From Thermodesulfobacteriota bacterium (GTDB lineage: Bacteria; Desulfobacterota; Desulfomonilia; Desulfomonilales; Desulfomonilaceae): a stretch of 64,000 nt of DNA. The notes below the pieces were generated by a model that was given only the letters and a program-made list of their open reading frames with translations, had not been told where the DNA came from and ran no database searches. How positions within the stretch are numbered: the stretch's first letter is position 1; every line of letters begins with the position of its first letter. Below, piece by piece: positions 41,756 through 51,908 of this stretch. Position numbers and translations under genes: made by a program. The stretch covers positions 1 through 64,000 of the forward strand of contig JBFMDN010000012.1 in assembly GCA_040753915.1 (NCBI GenBank), given 5' to 3'.

Positions 41756-44398
41756 CTAAACCTTTTCCACCTTCACATTCACAGCGGACTCTCCCCACCG
41801 GAGGAAAGCGTTGAGTTTCAGCTCACCGAAATGATAGGGAACAATGACCGTTCCCGGTAAGGCGCGGCGGGAAGCCTTCACTGTGAGCTCAGTCGACGCG
41901 CCATTGGCGTTGCTGATCCGTATGGCCTGTCCATCCTTCAGACCGAGCAATTTTAGATCCTTGGGGCTCATCTCCGCGGTAGCCTCTGAGACCACCTCCA
42001 TCAGGGAAGCGCTACGACGAGACATCGACCCCGAATGAAACTTCAATATCCCGGGGATCAGGAACAGAGGAAGTGCTTCCGGGGCGGGGCTCATGATGGC
42101 TGGAGCCGGAACGAGCCGGGCTTTGCCGGACGGAAAGCCCCCTTCGTAGAGCATCTCCTTGCCGGAATCCTCGGAATCGACGCAGGGCCACGTGATGCCC
42201 TGGCTTCCTAGCCTCTGGTACGACACACCTCCATACACGTCCACTAGACTCGCAATCTCTTCCATTACTCTCTCGGGACCGGAATAGGTGAGAGAGAGAT
42301 TCCCCATCAGAGTAGCAAGCGCAATAAAGATCTCCAGGTCGCTTTTTGCACGACGTTCGTCTGTGGTCGGAGCCAGCCGCTGGATCCGCCGGTCCGCAGT
42401 CGTATATGTACCGGATTTCCCGGCGAATGAGCTGACAGGGAGCACGGCATGGGCCAATTGCGCTGTGGGAGTGAGGAACATGTCCTGAACGACGAGAAAT
42501 TCAAGCTTGCACAGCGCTCGCTCTACCTGGCCCCGGTCAGGATACGTTTCCACGGGGTTCTCGCCCACCACGTACAGGCCTTTTATCTCCCCCTGTTCCG
42601 CTTTTTCGAGAATTTCCCTCGCACCCAGTCCTGGATTTTCGGGGATCGCCGCGTCCCATGCCTGAGAGAATTTGGCCCTGGCCGCTTCGTCTGCTATGGG
42701 GTAAAGGCCCGGGAGGAACTCCGGGGTCAGTCCCATATCTACTGCCCCCTGAGAATTTGCTTTCTCGCCGAACACGTGGAGGCCACAAGCTTCCTTCCCT
42801 ATCCTCCCCGTGAAAAGCGCCAAATTCGCTGCAGCCTGGGCTAGCTCTACGTTGTGAGCCACACGATTCATCCCTGTCGTGAGAATCAACGTGGCGTGCT
42901 CAGCATCGGCATATGCCTGCGCGGCAGCTCTGATTACCTCCGGATCATTGTTCGTAAGACTTGCCACCCGCTCCACGGTGTAATCGCTCAGCGAAGCCAC
43001 TAGATCGTCAAAACCCTCGACCTTCAAATCTAGGGCTTTCTTGTCGAACCGCCCCTCATCAACGATCCATTTGAGCATGGCATATGCAATCAGATGCTCG
43101 TACCCCGGAGGAACCTGCAGGAACGTGCTGCCCATGCGTTCCGCGAGCTTGGTCCGTACAGAGTCCACGACTATGATTTTGGCCCGTTTGCGACCATGAG
43201 CGAGGATGACCTCATTCTTCGCCACCGGGTGGGTTTCGTTGAGGTCCGCTCCGAAGAGAACAATGACGTCGGCTTTCCTGATCTCCCTGATGGAATTCGC
43301 GCCTGCTGCGTATCCGAGCATAGGACGCAGAGCATCGGTCAAGCTTCGATAGGAATAGCCGCCCGCGTGATCCAGGTTCGGGGATTCGAGCACGGTTCGC
43401 ACGAAGCGATTGAGCACGTAGGCTTCCTCATTGGTAAGCCGCGCCGAGCCCAGGGCAGCGAGCTTGGAGCCCCCGTGCTCCGTCCTCAGCGCCTTGAGGC
43501 GCCCGGCTACGAATTGGAGCGCCTCCGCCCAATCCGTCTCGACCAGCGAGCCGTCCTTTCGGATCAACGGCTTTGTCAGGCGAGTATCCGAGTATATGTA
43601 CGGCCATCCGTATCGCCCTTTTACGCACAGGTTCCCCTCATTAGGGCTATCCGCCGGCGATCCCACGTACACAATTTTGCTGTTTTTCTCACCCACTGTG
43701 AGCCTGCACCCCAGGCTGCAAAAGGAACAGGTGGTATCAGTCCTTCTCAATTCGAACAAGCGGCCGGTTCCCACGAGCCATTTCGAGCATATGGCCCCCA
43801 CGGGACAGATCGACGCGCATTGACCGCACAGCTCGCATGCGAGGGGGCGCTGGAAATCGGTCGAGACCTCCGTGAACATTCCTCTGTTCACGAAGCTCAG
43901 CTCCCGCTCTCCCTGCACCTCGTCGCAAATGCGCACGCACATGCCACACTTTATGCAGAGGTTCATGTTGAAGCGGATAAAGTGCGAATCGTTGTCCACA
44001 TTAAAATATCGACTCTCCTTGGAAAACGGCAGATCCCCGATCTTGTATTCGTACACGAGGTTTTGGAGCTGGCAATTCCCTGCAGCGTCACAACTCGGGC
44101 ACAGGAGAGGATGCGACCTGAGCAGCAGCATGAGCTGCACTCTTCGGATCTCGACGAGCTTGGGAGTATTGGTGGCCACTTCCATGCCGTCCCGTGCTGG
44201 ATTGAAGCAGGCCGGCATAGTGCGAGTACGACCTTTGGCCGTGACTTCCACGATGCACAGGCGGCATGAGCCATACGGAATGAGACGCTTATCGTGGCAC
44301 AAAGTGGGAATCCGTATCCCGGCTTTTTGAGCAGCCTCCAGGATAGTGGCTCCACGTTCGACAGAGACTTCAACACCGTCGATGGTCAAAGTAACCAT
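41756..44398 (-). CDS. nuoG: NADH-quinone oxidoreductase subunit G (2Fe-2S, 4Fe-4S and molybdopterin-like domain)
   Basis: The N-terminus has 'CHDKRLIPYGSCRLC' and the 4Fe-4S motifs 'CIKCGMCVRICDE' and 'CELCGQCASICPVG'. A large MopB-like C-terminal part follows. Confidence 0.85.
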   Translation of the reverse strand: MVTLTIDGVEVSVERGATILEAAQKAGIRIPTLCHDKRLIPYGSCRLCIVEVTAKGRTRTMPACFNPARDGMEVATNTPKLVEIRRVQLMLLLRSHPLLCPSCDAAGNCQLQNLVYEYKIGDLPFSKESRYFNVDNDSHFIRFNMNLCIKCGMCVRICDEVQGERELSFVNRGMFTEVSTDFQRPLACELCGQCASICPVGAICSKWLVGTGRLFELRRTDTTCSFCSLGCRLTVGEKNSKIVYVGSPADSPNEGNLCVKGRYGWPYIYSDTRLTKPLIRKDGSLVETDWAEALQFVAGRLKALRTEHGGSKLAALGSARLTNEEAYVLNRFVRTVLESPNLDHAGGYSYRSLTDALRPMLGYAAGANSIREIRKADVIVLFGADLNETHPVAKNEVILAHGRKRAKIIVVDSVRTKLAERMGSTFLQVPPGYEHLIAYAMLKWIVDEGRFDKKALDLKVEGFDDLVASLSDYTVERVASLTNNDPEVIRAAAQAYADAEHATLILTTGMNRVAHNVELAQAAANLALFTGRIGKEACGLHVFGEKANSQGAVDMGLTPEFLPGLYPIADEAARAKFSQAWDAAIPENPGLGAREILEKAEQGEIKGLYVVGENPVETYPDRGQVERALCKLEFLVVQDMFLTPTAQLAHAVLPVSSFAGKSGTYTTADRRIQRLAPTTDERRAKSDLEIFIALATLMGNLSLTYSGPERVMEEIASLVDVYGGVSYQRLGSQGITWPCVDSEDSGKEMLYEGGFPSGKARLVPAPAIMSPAPEALPLFLIPGILKFHSGSMSRRSASLMEVVSEATAEMSPKDLKLLGLKDGQAIRISNANGASTELTVKASRRALPGTVIVPYHFGELKLNAFLRWGESAVNVKVEKV

Positions 44399-44485
44399 AG
44401 AAATTCACTCGCATTCGAAGATTAGGTATCTGCTTTCAGTGCCGTTCGTCAACCGCCGGCAAACGGACGGCAGTGCAAGCCGAGA

Positions 44486-46282
44486 TTATCTGATCGCTCC
44501 GAACCTACAGTTCATGATGCACGTGCGGCACCGGGTACACTTGTTGAGGTCGATTCTGGCCACCTGCTTCTTTTCCCACGTGATAGCGCCCGAGGGACAG
44601 TTGCGGTAGCACATACCACACATCTTACACTTTTCCTCTATAACCACGAAGTCTATGAGATCAGGACACACGAGCGCAGGGCAATGCTTGTCACGTATAT
44701 GAGCGTCGTACTCATGCCTGAAATGGCGAATCGTCGAGAGAACAGGGTTGGCTGCGCTCTTTCCCAGTCCACAATGGGAGGTGTTGTTAATATGGTGTCC
44801 CAGCCAGATAAGAAACTCTACGTCACCTTCCTGGCCTCGCCCTTCGCAAATGTCCGTAAGCTTGTCGTGCATGACCTTGAGGCCTTCCCGGCACGGGGTG
44901 CATTTGCCACAGGATTCGTCGACGCAAAAGCCTGTAAAGAATCGTGCTGTGTCGACCATGCACGTGGAATCGTCCATTACCACGACACCGCCGGATCCCA
45001 TCATGGCGCCGGCATCGTAGAGGGACTCATAATCGATCTCTACGTCCTCACTTCCGGCGGGAATACACCCTCCTGAGGGGCCCCCGATCTGAGCTGCCTT
45101 GAATTTCCTCTTCTTAGGGATCCCACCGCCGATGTCGAAAATCAGCGTCTTGAGCGTCGTGCCCATGGGGACTTCCACGAGCCCCACGTTGGTCACGGCA
45201 CCGGTAAGGGCGAACACCTTGGTCCCTTTGCTCCCCTCGGTTCCTATGGAAGCGAACCATTCCCCTCCGTTGAGTATGATAGGATTGATGTTGGCAAAGG
45301 TCTCCACGTTGTTAAGATTCGTGGGCTGGTTCCACAGACCGGCCTCAGCGCTCCGCGGAGGCTTGATTCGCGGCATGCCGCGCTTGCCTTCTATAGAGTA
45401 CATCAGAGCAGTGGATTCCCCGCAGACGAACGCTCCCGCTCCTGGAGCGATGCCGATATCGAAATCAAACCCGCTTCCCAGAATGTTCTTGCCCAACAGG
45501 CCGTATTCCCGGGCATCGTTGATCGCCTTTTCGAGCCTCTGGATGGCGAGGGGATACTCAGCGCGCACATAGATGTACCCTTGGTTGGCGCCAATGGCGT
45601 AACCGGATATGGCCATTCCCTCCAACACCGAGTGCGGATCCCCTTCCATGACCGATCTATCCATGAACGCGCCTGGGTCGCCTTCGTCACCATTGCATAT
45701 GGTGTACTTGGGAAAGCTGTTGTACCGTCGACATTCCTCCCACTTGAGCCCCGTGGGAAAACCGCCGCCGCCACGGCCTCTCAGGCCGGATTTCTTCACT
45801 TCCTCGATGACCTGCTCGGGAGTCATCTCCAGAAGCGCCTTGGCCAACGCGGCGTACGCGTCCCGGGCAATGGCCTCGTCTATGCTCTCGGCATCAATGA
45901 GCCCGCGGTTACGCAGCACGATGAGTCTCTGGAGCCCGAAGAATCCGATGTCCTTCATCAGAGGCACTTCAGCCTTGGCTCCTGCCTCTTTGAACAAGAG
46001 CTGCTCTACTATTCTGCCCTTGAGTACGTGCTCCTCCACGATCAACGGGGCATGTTCGGGCTTGACCTGATTGTAGAAGACGCCGTCGGGATACACGACG
46101 ACCAGAGGCCCCATGGCGCAGAAACCATTGCACCCGGTCATCACGATCTCGACCTCATCCGAGAGATGCCTCTTGGCCAGCTCGCGCTCCAGCGCCTCCT
46201 TGACGGCGAGAGATCCGCTCGCTATGCATCCTGTGCCGGCGCACATCATGAATTGCATTCTATAGCCGGGACTAACGCTCAT
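44486..46282 (-). CDS. nuoF: NuoF/HndC-like NADH dehydrogenase flavoprotein (N-terminal 2Fe-2S thioredoxin-like, C-terminal 2x[4Fe-4S])
   Basis: 'GLRGRGGGGFPTGLKWE' is the FMN/NADH site. The N-terminus has 'CAGTGCIASG...CNGFCAMGP'. The C-terminus has 'CKMCGMCYRNCP...CTRCRTCIMNC'. It is 598 aa, against about 440 aa for a plain NuoF. Confidence 0.85.
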   Translation of the reverse strand: MSVSPGYRMQFMMCAGTGCIASGSLAVKEALERELAKRHLSDEVEIVMTGCNGFCAMGPLVVVYPDGVFYNQVKPEHAPLIVEEHVLKGRIVEQLLFKEAGAKAEVPLMKDIGFFGLQRLIVLRNRGLIDAESIDEAIARDAYAALAKALLEMTPEQVIEEVKKSGLRGRGGGGFPTGLKWEECRRYNSFPKYTICNGDEGDPGAFMDRSVMEGDPHSVLEGMAISGYAIGANQGYIYVRAEYPLAIQRLEKAINDAREYGLLGKNILGSGFDFDIGIAPGAGAFVCGESTALMYSIEGKRGMPRIKPPRSAEAGLWNQPTNLNNVETFANINPIILNGGEWFASIGTEGSKGTKVFALTGAVTNVGLVEVPMGTTLKTLIFDIGGGIPKKRKFKAAQIGGPSGGCIPAGSEDVEIDYESLYDAGAMMGSGGVVVMDDSTCMVDTARFFTGFCVDESCGKCTPCREGLKVMHDKLTDICEGRGQEGDVEFLIWLGHHINNTSHCGLGKSAANPVLSTIRHFRHEYDAHIRDKHCPALVCPDLIDFVVIEEKCKMCGMCYRNCPSGAITWEKKQVARIDLNKCTRCRTCIMNCRFGAIR

Positions 46283-46355
46283 CCTTATCTCTCCTCCCGG
46301 TCCACGAACGTTTTGTGGTCCCGGGCTCTAGCTCTTGCTCCCGCGGACTTCCCGC

Positions 46356-46742
46356 TCAGGTTGCCACGGTCTCGCTTCCCATTGCGAGAGCATATTCCTG
46401 CACGGGCTTACCGTCCATCACATGCTCCGCAAAAATCCGTAAGGCCTTTTCCTTGGTAAGCAACACGTATTTCACGGGGGCCTGATCCGCCACTTCGACG
46501 GTCATCATGGGCTCCTTTGCGCACAAACCGGCGCATCCGGAATTCGTCAACATGACATCGGACGCATCGCGCCGTGCAATCTCCTCGCGCATCACGCTCA
46601 TAATGTCTCGCGCTCCGGCTGCGATGCCACACGTGCCCATATGTACCGTGATCTTGGCTCGGAACTCGCCTTCGCGAAGGATCATTCTCTTTCGCTCACG
46701 CTCTTTGATCTTCTTCAAATCGTGTACCGTGATCTTTGGCAC
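46356..46742 (-). CDS. Thioredoxin-like [2Fe-2S] ferredoxin (HndB-like)
   Basis: 'ITVHMGTCGIAAGA...SGCAGLCAKEP' is present. GTG start with an AGGAGG RBS. Confidence 0.65.
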   Translation of the reverse strand: MPKITVHDLKKIKERERKRMILREGEFRAKITVHMGTCGIAAGARDIMSVMREEIARRDASDVMLTNSGCAGLCAKEPMMTVEVADQAPVKYVLLTKEKALRIFAEHVMDGKPVQEYALAMGSETVAT

Positions 46743-46815
46743 GATTCTTCCTCCTGGAACATACGTTTGCTCTACTCTGGGGGTGTCTCCCCGGTAGGAT
46801 CCTCCGTGCCCAAGA

Positions 46816-47331
46816 TTACTGATAACCGTCGAGGATCTTAATCGTGTCCTTTGGCTGCACGTTTCCGTGGGTGTCTTCTCCCACGAGAAAGACCGGCGCC
46901 AGACCACACGCTCCCAGACATCTCACGGCTTCCAGAGTGAACCTTCCATCTGCGCTGGTTTCGCCGACCTCGATACCGACTTCCCTGCGGATCACATCAA
47001 GTATCTCCTTGGACCCCTTCACGTAGCACGCCGTCCCCAGGCAGAGTCGGATCACGTGCCGTCCTCGCGGCTCAATAGTGAAGAAGGAATAGAAGGTGAC
47101 TACCCCGTAAATGTGCGATGCCGGGATTGCAAGGCCGGAAGCAAGGTATCGCTGGACCTCCATGGGAACGTACCCGAACAGATCCTGCGCCTCCTTGAGG
47201 GCGGGAATGAGATAGCCTGGATTACCAGCATACTTGTCAATTATGGGATCCAATTTCTCGAGCTCTTCCCATTCCAGAGCTGGTACTGCCGACTTGGCCT
47301 TCTTCTTGAGTATTGCGTCTCTTTCTTCCAC
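46816..47331 (-). CDS. nuoE: NADH-quinone oxidoreductase subunit E (HndA-like 2Fe-2S)
   Basis: 'CLGTACYVKG...CLGACGLAPV' is present. Confidence 0.85.
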   Translation of the reverse strand: MEERDAILKKKAKSAVPALEWEELEKLDPIIDKYAGNPGYLIPALKEAQDLFGYVPMEVQRYLASGLAIPASHIYGVVTFYSFFTIEPRGRHVIRLCLGTACYVKGSKEILDVIRREVGIEVGETSADGRFTLEAVRCLGACGLAPVFLVGEDTHGNVQPKDTIKILDGYQ

Positions 47332-47349
47332 TTTGCAGTTTCTCCCTTA

Positions 47350-47901
47350 TCAGGTGAGGCCTTTTGCCACCTCGTCGATACCTTCTTTCACATTGTCCCG
47401 AATTAGCTGGAGAATGCCGGGATTATTCAGCGGAAGCTCTTCCAGATCGGCTCTGAGCTCCCTCGTGTCCAGCACATACTCCCGGTTGTTTCTCCTGTGC
47501 GTGTACACGAAATCGATCTCCGGGTTACCTTCGATCAGCGTCACCATGGTCTCGGCCATGTCACCCATGGGCTTCCGGTCTATGTGCGAGTGGCGCATAG
47601 ACGCAGTAACCGTCGTCCCCACTCCGAGGGCAGACTCAACCGAAAGATCGCCGTCCGCCTCTTGCGCCGACTGCTGGAACAGGGACAATCCGAGCCCCAC
47701 TTTCCGAGTCGTCCGTGTCGTGGTGAACGGATCCAGTACTCGGCTGACAAAGTCCGGATCCATTCCGCGTCCGTTATCACGAACGGTTATCACAAGCTTA
47801 TCCTCCGCTACATCTTCTTCCACTGTTATCTCCACGAGGCTTGCTCCCGCAGTGATGCAGTTCTCAGCTACATCCAGAATGTGCAGCGAAAGATCCTGCA
47901 T
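47350..47901 (-). CDS. Stand-alone GHKL histidine-kinase-like ATPase
   Basis: HATPase_c motifs 'VRDNGRGMD' and 'GLGLSL' are present. It is 183 aa with no HisKA domain. Confidence 0.7.
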   Translation of the reverse strand: MQDLSLHILDVAENCITAGASLVEITVEEDVAEDKLVITVRDNGRGMDPDFVSRVLDPFTTTRTTRKVGLGLSLFQQSAQEADGDLSVESALGVGTTVTASMRHSHIDRKPMGDMAETMVTLIEGNPEIDFVYTHRRNNREYVLDTRELRADLEELPLNNPGILQLIRDNVKEGIDEVAKGLT

Positions 47902-47931
47902 ACGGCGTCCTATGCGTGTCCCCGAACGTGG

Positions 47932-48711
47932 TCACGACACGCATCCCCCCTCGATAAACCTCCCATCTCTGCCCGCCAGCGCCTTGGTCAATTCCTCGAA
48001 CGTAGGTGCAGTCATACGTGCTGTCGTTGAAACGATCCCTATATCCTCCGGATAGTGTGCGTCCGAGGACGTGATCAGCACATGATTGCGCGCCTGCGGA
48101 TAGGCAGCCCTCACTGCTTCGTAGGTCGAGCGTTTGGATACTTCCAGAGCGTCCAGCTTCAGGCCTTCGGGAATGAACCCGAGCTGCCCGAATATGCCGA
48201 AGCCGGAGCGATCCACATGGGCCGCGACCGCGACCCCGCCACATCCGTGAATCAGCGCAACCACTTTCTCTGTGCTCAACGTGGTAGCACCTATCAAGAG
48301 CCTCTGGTCAAGGTCTACCACTTCGTCGAATTCGTTTGCCACCACCTGATAACCGAACACTTCTTCGTCATTTTGCCCGATCAGGCGGGCATATACTTCT
48401 TCCTGAGCAGCAGCCGCAGCCTCATCTGACGGGAACAACCCCACGAGGTGAACTTCCTCCGAGGACGTGATTTCCATGCCAGGCACCACCAGCAGCCTCG
48501 TGCCTGTAGCTGCTCGCCTGGTGGCGGCGGTATTCCTCGCAGAATTGTGGTCGCAAATGGCAATCACGTCCAGTCCCCGTTTCACCGCGATTTCGACAAT
48601 GGCCCTGGGGGTCATATCTGCGATCTCGGTGCACGGAGACAATACCGTGTGTATGTGAAGATCGAGTCTGTACGTTCGAAGATCGTCCAGTTCGCCTCTC
48701 GTGCCGTTTCA
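47932..48711 (-). CDS. PHP-domain phosphoesterase (start codon anomalous)
   Basis: The PHP motifs 'DLHIHT' and 'IAICDHNS' are present. The first lies upstream of the only in-frame ATG/GTG/TTG, which is a TTG at 48642. An in-frame stop at about 48720 leaves only a CTG (with a GAGAGG RBS) as a possible start that includes the motif. Confidence 0.55.
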
Positions 48712-48796
48712 GCGACGCTCCCGGCGCTCCCGGGTAGATTTCGGCGAGGTTCCGTGTTTCGACCCCAAACCGGAGGCTGAGATGCGCCGCGGGGTA

Positions 48797-49141
48797 TTAC
48801 CCCCGTCTCCGAATCCCCATCTCGTAGAGCTTCCCGGCGACTTCGTAGGTTTTCAGAGGGGTCACCATGATGGGAACGCTCTGATCTTCGGCCTTTTCCA
48901 GGGTATCCGGATCGGGCTCCCTGCCGCCAACAATGAGGATTCCTGCGAGATTGTTGAGAAATGCCACTGCAACGATATTCTGGTGCAACTGGAGGGTGAT
49001 CCAGAGATCTCCCTCCGTTGCTCCGGCAATAACGTCGCTGAGCAGGTCGCTCGCGTAGCCTCCCGTCACTTCACGATCCAGCTCCGAATTTCCGGCCCGC
49101 ACCTCAAGATTCAAGGCCTTCACCACTTCAGCGAGTGTCAT
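48797..49141 (-). CDS. DRTGG-domain protein
   Basis: 'DREVTGGYASDLLSDV...ILIVGGREPD' is present. The ATG at 49141 has a GAGGAG RBS 20 bp after the nuoD stop. Confidence 0.65.
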   Translation of the reverse strand: MTLAEVVKALNLEVRAGNSELDREVTGGYASDLLSDVIAGATEGDLWITLQLHQNIVAVAFLNNLAGILIVGGREPDPDTLEKAEDQSVPIMVTPLKTYEVAGKLYEMGIRRRG

Positions 49142-49161
49142 CAACGCTCCTCGACACTGAC

Positions 49162-50361
49162 CTAACGGTCGACTTCCGCCAAGACGATATCCACACTGGA
49201 CAGTATGGCTATCAAGTCGGCGAATAGGTGTCCCTTCGACATCAGGGCAAGGGTTTCGAGGTTCACGAAGGCGGGGGCTCTCCATTTGAGCCGCAAGGGC
49301 TTGGGTCCGCCGTCGCTGATAATATAGCAGCCCAGCTCGCCTCGAGGGGACTCGATACATCCGTAGTATTCGCACACCGGTGGTTTGAGGCCTTCGACGA
49401 CCAGCATGAAATGATGGATGAGCGCTTCCATTCGCTCGTAGATCTCTTCCTGCGGAGGGAATATGAGTCCTGGCATGCGTGCCCTGATCGGTCCTCCGGG
49501 GAGCTTAGCAAGGGCCTGCTTGAGAATGCGGTTGCTCTCCCTCATCTCCTGGACTCGGATCAGGTATCTGGAGTAGACGTCGCAGCCCCATTGCACGGGT
49601 ATCGAGAAATCATACTGCTCGTATCCGCTATAGGGCTGGCTCTTTCGCACATCCCATGCCAATCCCGAGGCTCGAATCATGGGTCCGCTGGCGCCGAGCG
49701 CTATGGCGTCTTCCAACGGAAGGATGCCGACACCTTTCGTCCTGTCTACATATATGGCATTCTTGGTTAGGAGAGTTTCGTACTCATCTACCCGTCGCTC
49801 GAAATGGTTGGTGAACGCTGTCAGACGTTCGATAAATCCCTCTTCCAGGTCGCGATTGAGGCCTCCGATCCTCAAGTAATTGGGCATCAGTCGTCCACCT
49901 GCGGTGAGCTCGAACAAATTCATAATTTCTTCTCGCTCACGGAGGCCGTAAAAGAGAGGAGTCATGGCCCCCACGTCATGGGCGTGGGTGCCCAACCAGA
50001 AGAGGTGACTGAAAATCCGGCTCAATTCCGCCATCATCACGCGAATGACTTGAGCTCGTTCCGGAACCTCGGCGTCGATAATCTTCTCAACGGTCAAGCA
50101 GAAGACGAGCGAATTGCTGGAAGCCCCCATGTAGTCACACCGCTCGGCTAGCGGAATGATCTGGTGATAGTGCTTGTTCTCACACGCCTTTTCATATCCT
50201 CGGTGGAGATACCCGAGGTACGGCACAACGTTCAATACGGTCTCGCCTTCCAGTTCCACAACCGCGCGGAAGACCCCGTGGGTGCTCGGGTGATGAGGTC
50301 CCAGGTTCAATTCGAACGTCTCGGATATCCGGTCCAGCGTTCGGGGTTGTGCTTCTCTCAT
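49162..50361 (-). CDS. nuoD: NADH-quinone oxidoreductase subunit D
   Basis: 49-kDa subunit homology along the full length. Confidence 0.9.
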   Translation of the reverse strand: MREAQPRTLDRISETFELNLGPHHPSTHGVFRAVVELEGETVLNVVPYLGYLHRGYEKACENKHYHQIIPLAERCDYMGASSNSLVFCLTVEKIIDAEVPERAQVIRVMMAELSRIFSHLFWLGTHAHDVGAMTPLFYGLREREEIMNLFELTAGGRLMPNYLRIGGLNRDLEEGFIERLTAFTNHFERRVDEYETLLTKNAIYVDRTKGVGILPLEDAIALGASGPMIRASGLAWDVRKSQPYSGYEQYDFSIPVQWGCDVYSRYLIRVQEMRESNRILKQALAKLPGGPIRARMPGLIFPPQEEIYERMEALIHHFMLVVEGLKPPVCEYYGCIESPRGELGCYIISDGGPKPLRLKWRAPAFVNLETLALMSKGHLFADLIAILSSVDIVLAEVDR

Positions 50362-50882
50362 GAGCTCAATACCTCGGTCTTACCCCCTTTGGGAAGTTCC
50401 GGCGTGTCTTCGTCAGTTCCTTCAATCGGAAAGTCCTTGCGCAACGGATGACAATCCCAGTGATCCGGCAGAAGCAGCTTCCTGGGATCCGGATGCCCGG
50501 AGAAAACCATCCCGTACATTTCAGCGGTCTCCCGTTCGTGCCAGTTCGCTGTGGGCCAGATATCTGTGACCGAATCCACAGTGGGCATACCCTTTTCGGG
50601 CTCTTCCAGCATGGTTTTCACCCGAAACCGATGATTATGTTTCAGGGAATAGAGCTGGTACACGACTTCGAATCTCGGCTTGTCCGGATATCGGTCCACT
50701 CCTCCAACGAACGAGAGAAAACTGAAGTCCAGGTCCGGATCGTCTCTCAGGAAGAGACAGATTTCGCGGATCTTTTCCTTGACAACCGTGACGGTGATCT
50801 GATCACGAAACGGCACAGTACCTACGATGGATTCCTGTCCAAACCGTGAGATGAGCTTATCTCTAATCGCTTCCTGATTCAT
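50358..50882 (-). CDS. nuoC: NADH-quinone oxidoreductase subunit C (not fused to D)
   Basis: 30-kDa subunit motifs are present. It overlaps nuoD by 4 nt. Confidence 0.85.
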   Translation of the reverse strand: MNQEAIRDKLISRFGQESIVGTVPFRDQITVTVVKEKIREICLFLRDDPDLDFSFLSFVGGVDRYPDKPRFEVVYQLYSLKHNHRFRVKTMLEEPEKGMPTVDSVTDIWPTANWHERETAEMYGMVFSGHPDPRKLLLPDHWDCHPLRKDFPIEGTDEDTPELPKGGKTEVLSS

Positions 50883-51388
50883 ACGCGGGTTCCCCTAATC
50901 CGATGCACGCGAGGATTACGGATAGACTGCTCTTTCATCACTTTGGCGTGGAGTTGAAGAATTCCGTCCAGCAGAGCCTCCGGTCTGGGGGGACAGCCGG
51001 GAATGTACACGTCAACGGGGAGGTAGCGATCAATTCCCTGAACCACAGCGTAATTTTTGTAAATACCTCCGGTGCAGGCACACGCGCCCATGGCAATCAC
51101 CCACTTGGGCTCCGTCATCTGCTCGTAGATCCTGAGAACTGCCGGCAGCATTTTCTTGGAGCACGTTCCGGACACGATCATAAGGTCTGCCTGCCGGGGG
51201 GACGGCCGTGCCACTTCCATACCGAATCGGGACAAATCATATCTGCTGACAAAGGTTGCTATCATCTCAAGAGCGCAGCACGCCAGTCCGAAGCCGAGAG
51301 GCCACATGGAGGATTTCCGCGCCCAGTTCACGAACCACTCCAGGTTCGTAACGTGAACGGTGTCATTCAAGTGACGTTCTATTCCCAT
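50879..51388 (-). CDS. nuoB: NADH-quinone oxidoreductase subunit B
   Basis: 'GLACCALEM...CPPRPEALL' is present. Confidence 0.85.
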   Translation of the reverse strand: MGIERHLNDTVHVTNLEWFVNWARKSSMWPLGFGLACCALEMIATFVSRYDLSRFGMEVARPSPRQADLMIVSGTCSKKMLPAVLRIYEQMTEPKWVIAMGACACTGGIYKNYAVVQGIDRYLPVDVYIPGCPPRPEALLDGILQLHAKVMKEQSIRNPRVHRIRGTRV

Positions 51389-51735
51389 TCGAGGGCACCT
51401 TTTTTCCAAACGTAGACGAGACCCGCCAGGAGAACGAGCACGAATATGAGCATTTCTATAAACCCAAACACCATAAGCCTGTCATAAATCTTCGCCCAGG
51501 GAAACATGAAGATGATTTCTATGTCGAAGATGACAAAAAGCATACCTATGATGAAAAATCTGACGGGAAAACGCCTTCGTGCGTTACCTATTGGATCCAT
51601 GCCGCACTCGTACGGCATGAGCTTCACCGGGGTAGGATCTTTTGTTGAAAGAAGTGAGGAGAGAACTATGATGGCCACGCCTATAAACGCTGAGACCAGA
51701 AGTATCACAAGGGCTGGTAGGTAGCTATCGATCAT
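51379..51735 (-). CDS. nuoA: NADH-quinone oxidoreductase subunit A
   Basis: 118-aa three-TM protein with '[10 protein letters not shown]'. Confidence 0.85.
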   Translation of the reverse strand: MIDSYLPALVILLVSAFIGVAIIVLSSLLSTKDPTPVKLMPYECGMDPIGNARRRFPVRFFIIGMLFVIFDIEIIFMFPWAKIYDRLMVFGFIEMLIFVLVLLAGLVYVWKKGALEWE

Positions 51736-51908
51736 CCTGCTTCTCCGGCTCGATCAGTGGGCGACAGAATGGCGCCTTGCCTGACTGGCCTGAACTGCCT
51801 CAATGATGCGGAGGGATTTCAAACTGGTGCTTGGTTCGCAAACCGTTTAATTTTGAGTCATCCTGGGTCCCTTGTCAAGAGTTTTTTGCCTCGCAGCGAG
51901 GGGTGTTT

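Noticed and set aside
43094-44269. 391-aa plus-strand ORF
   Set aside because: It is antisense to nuoG.
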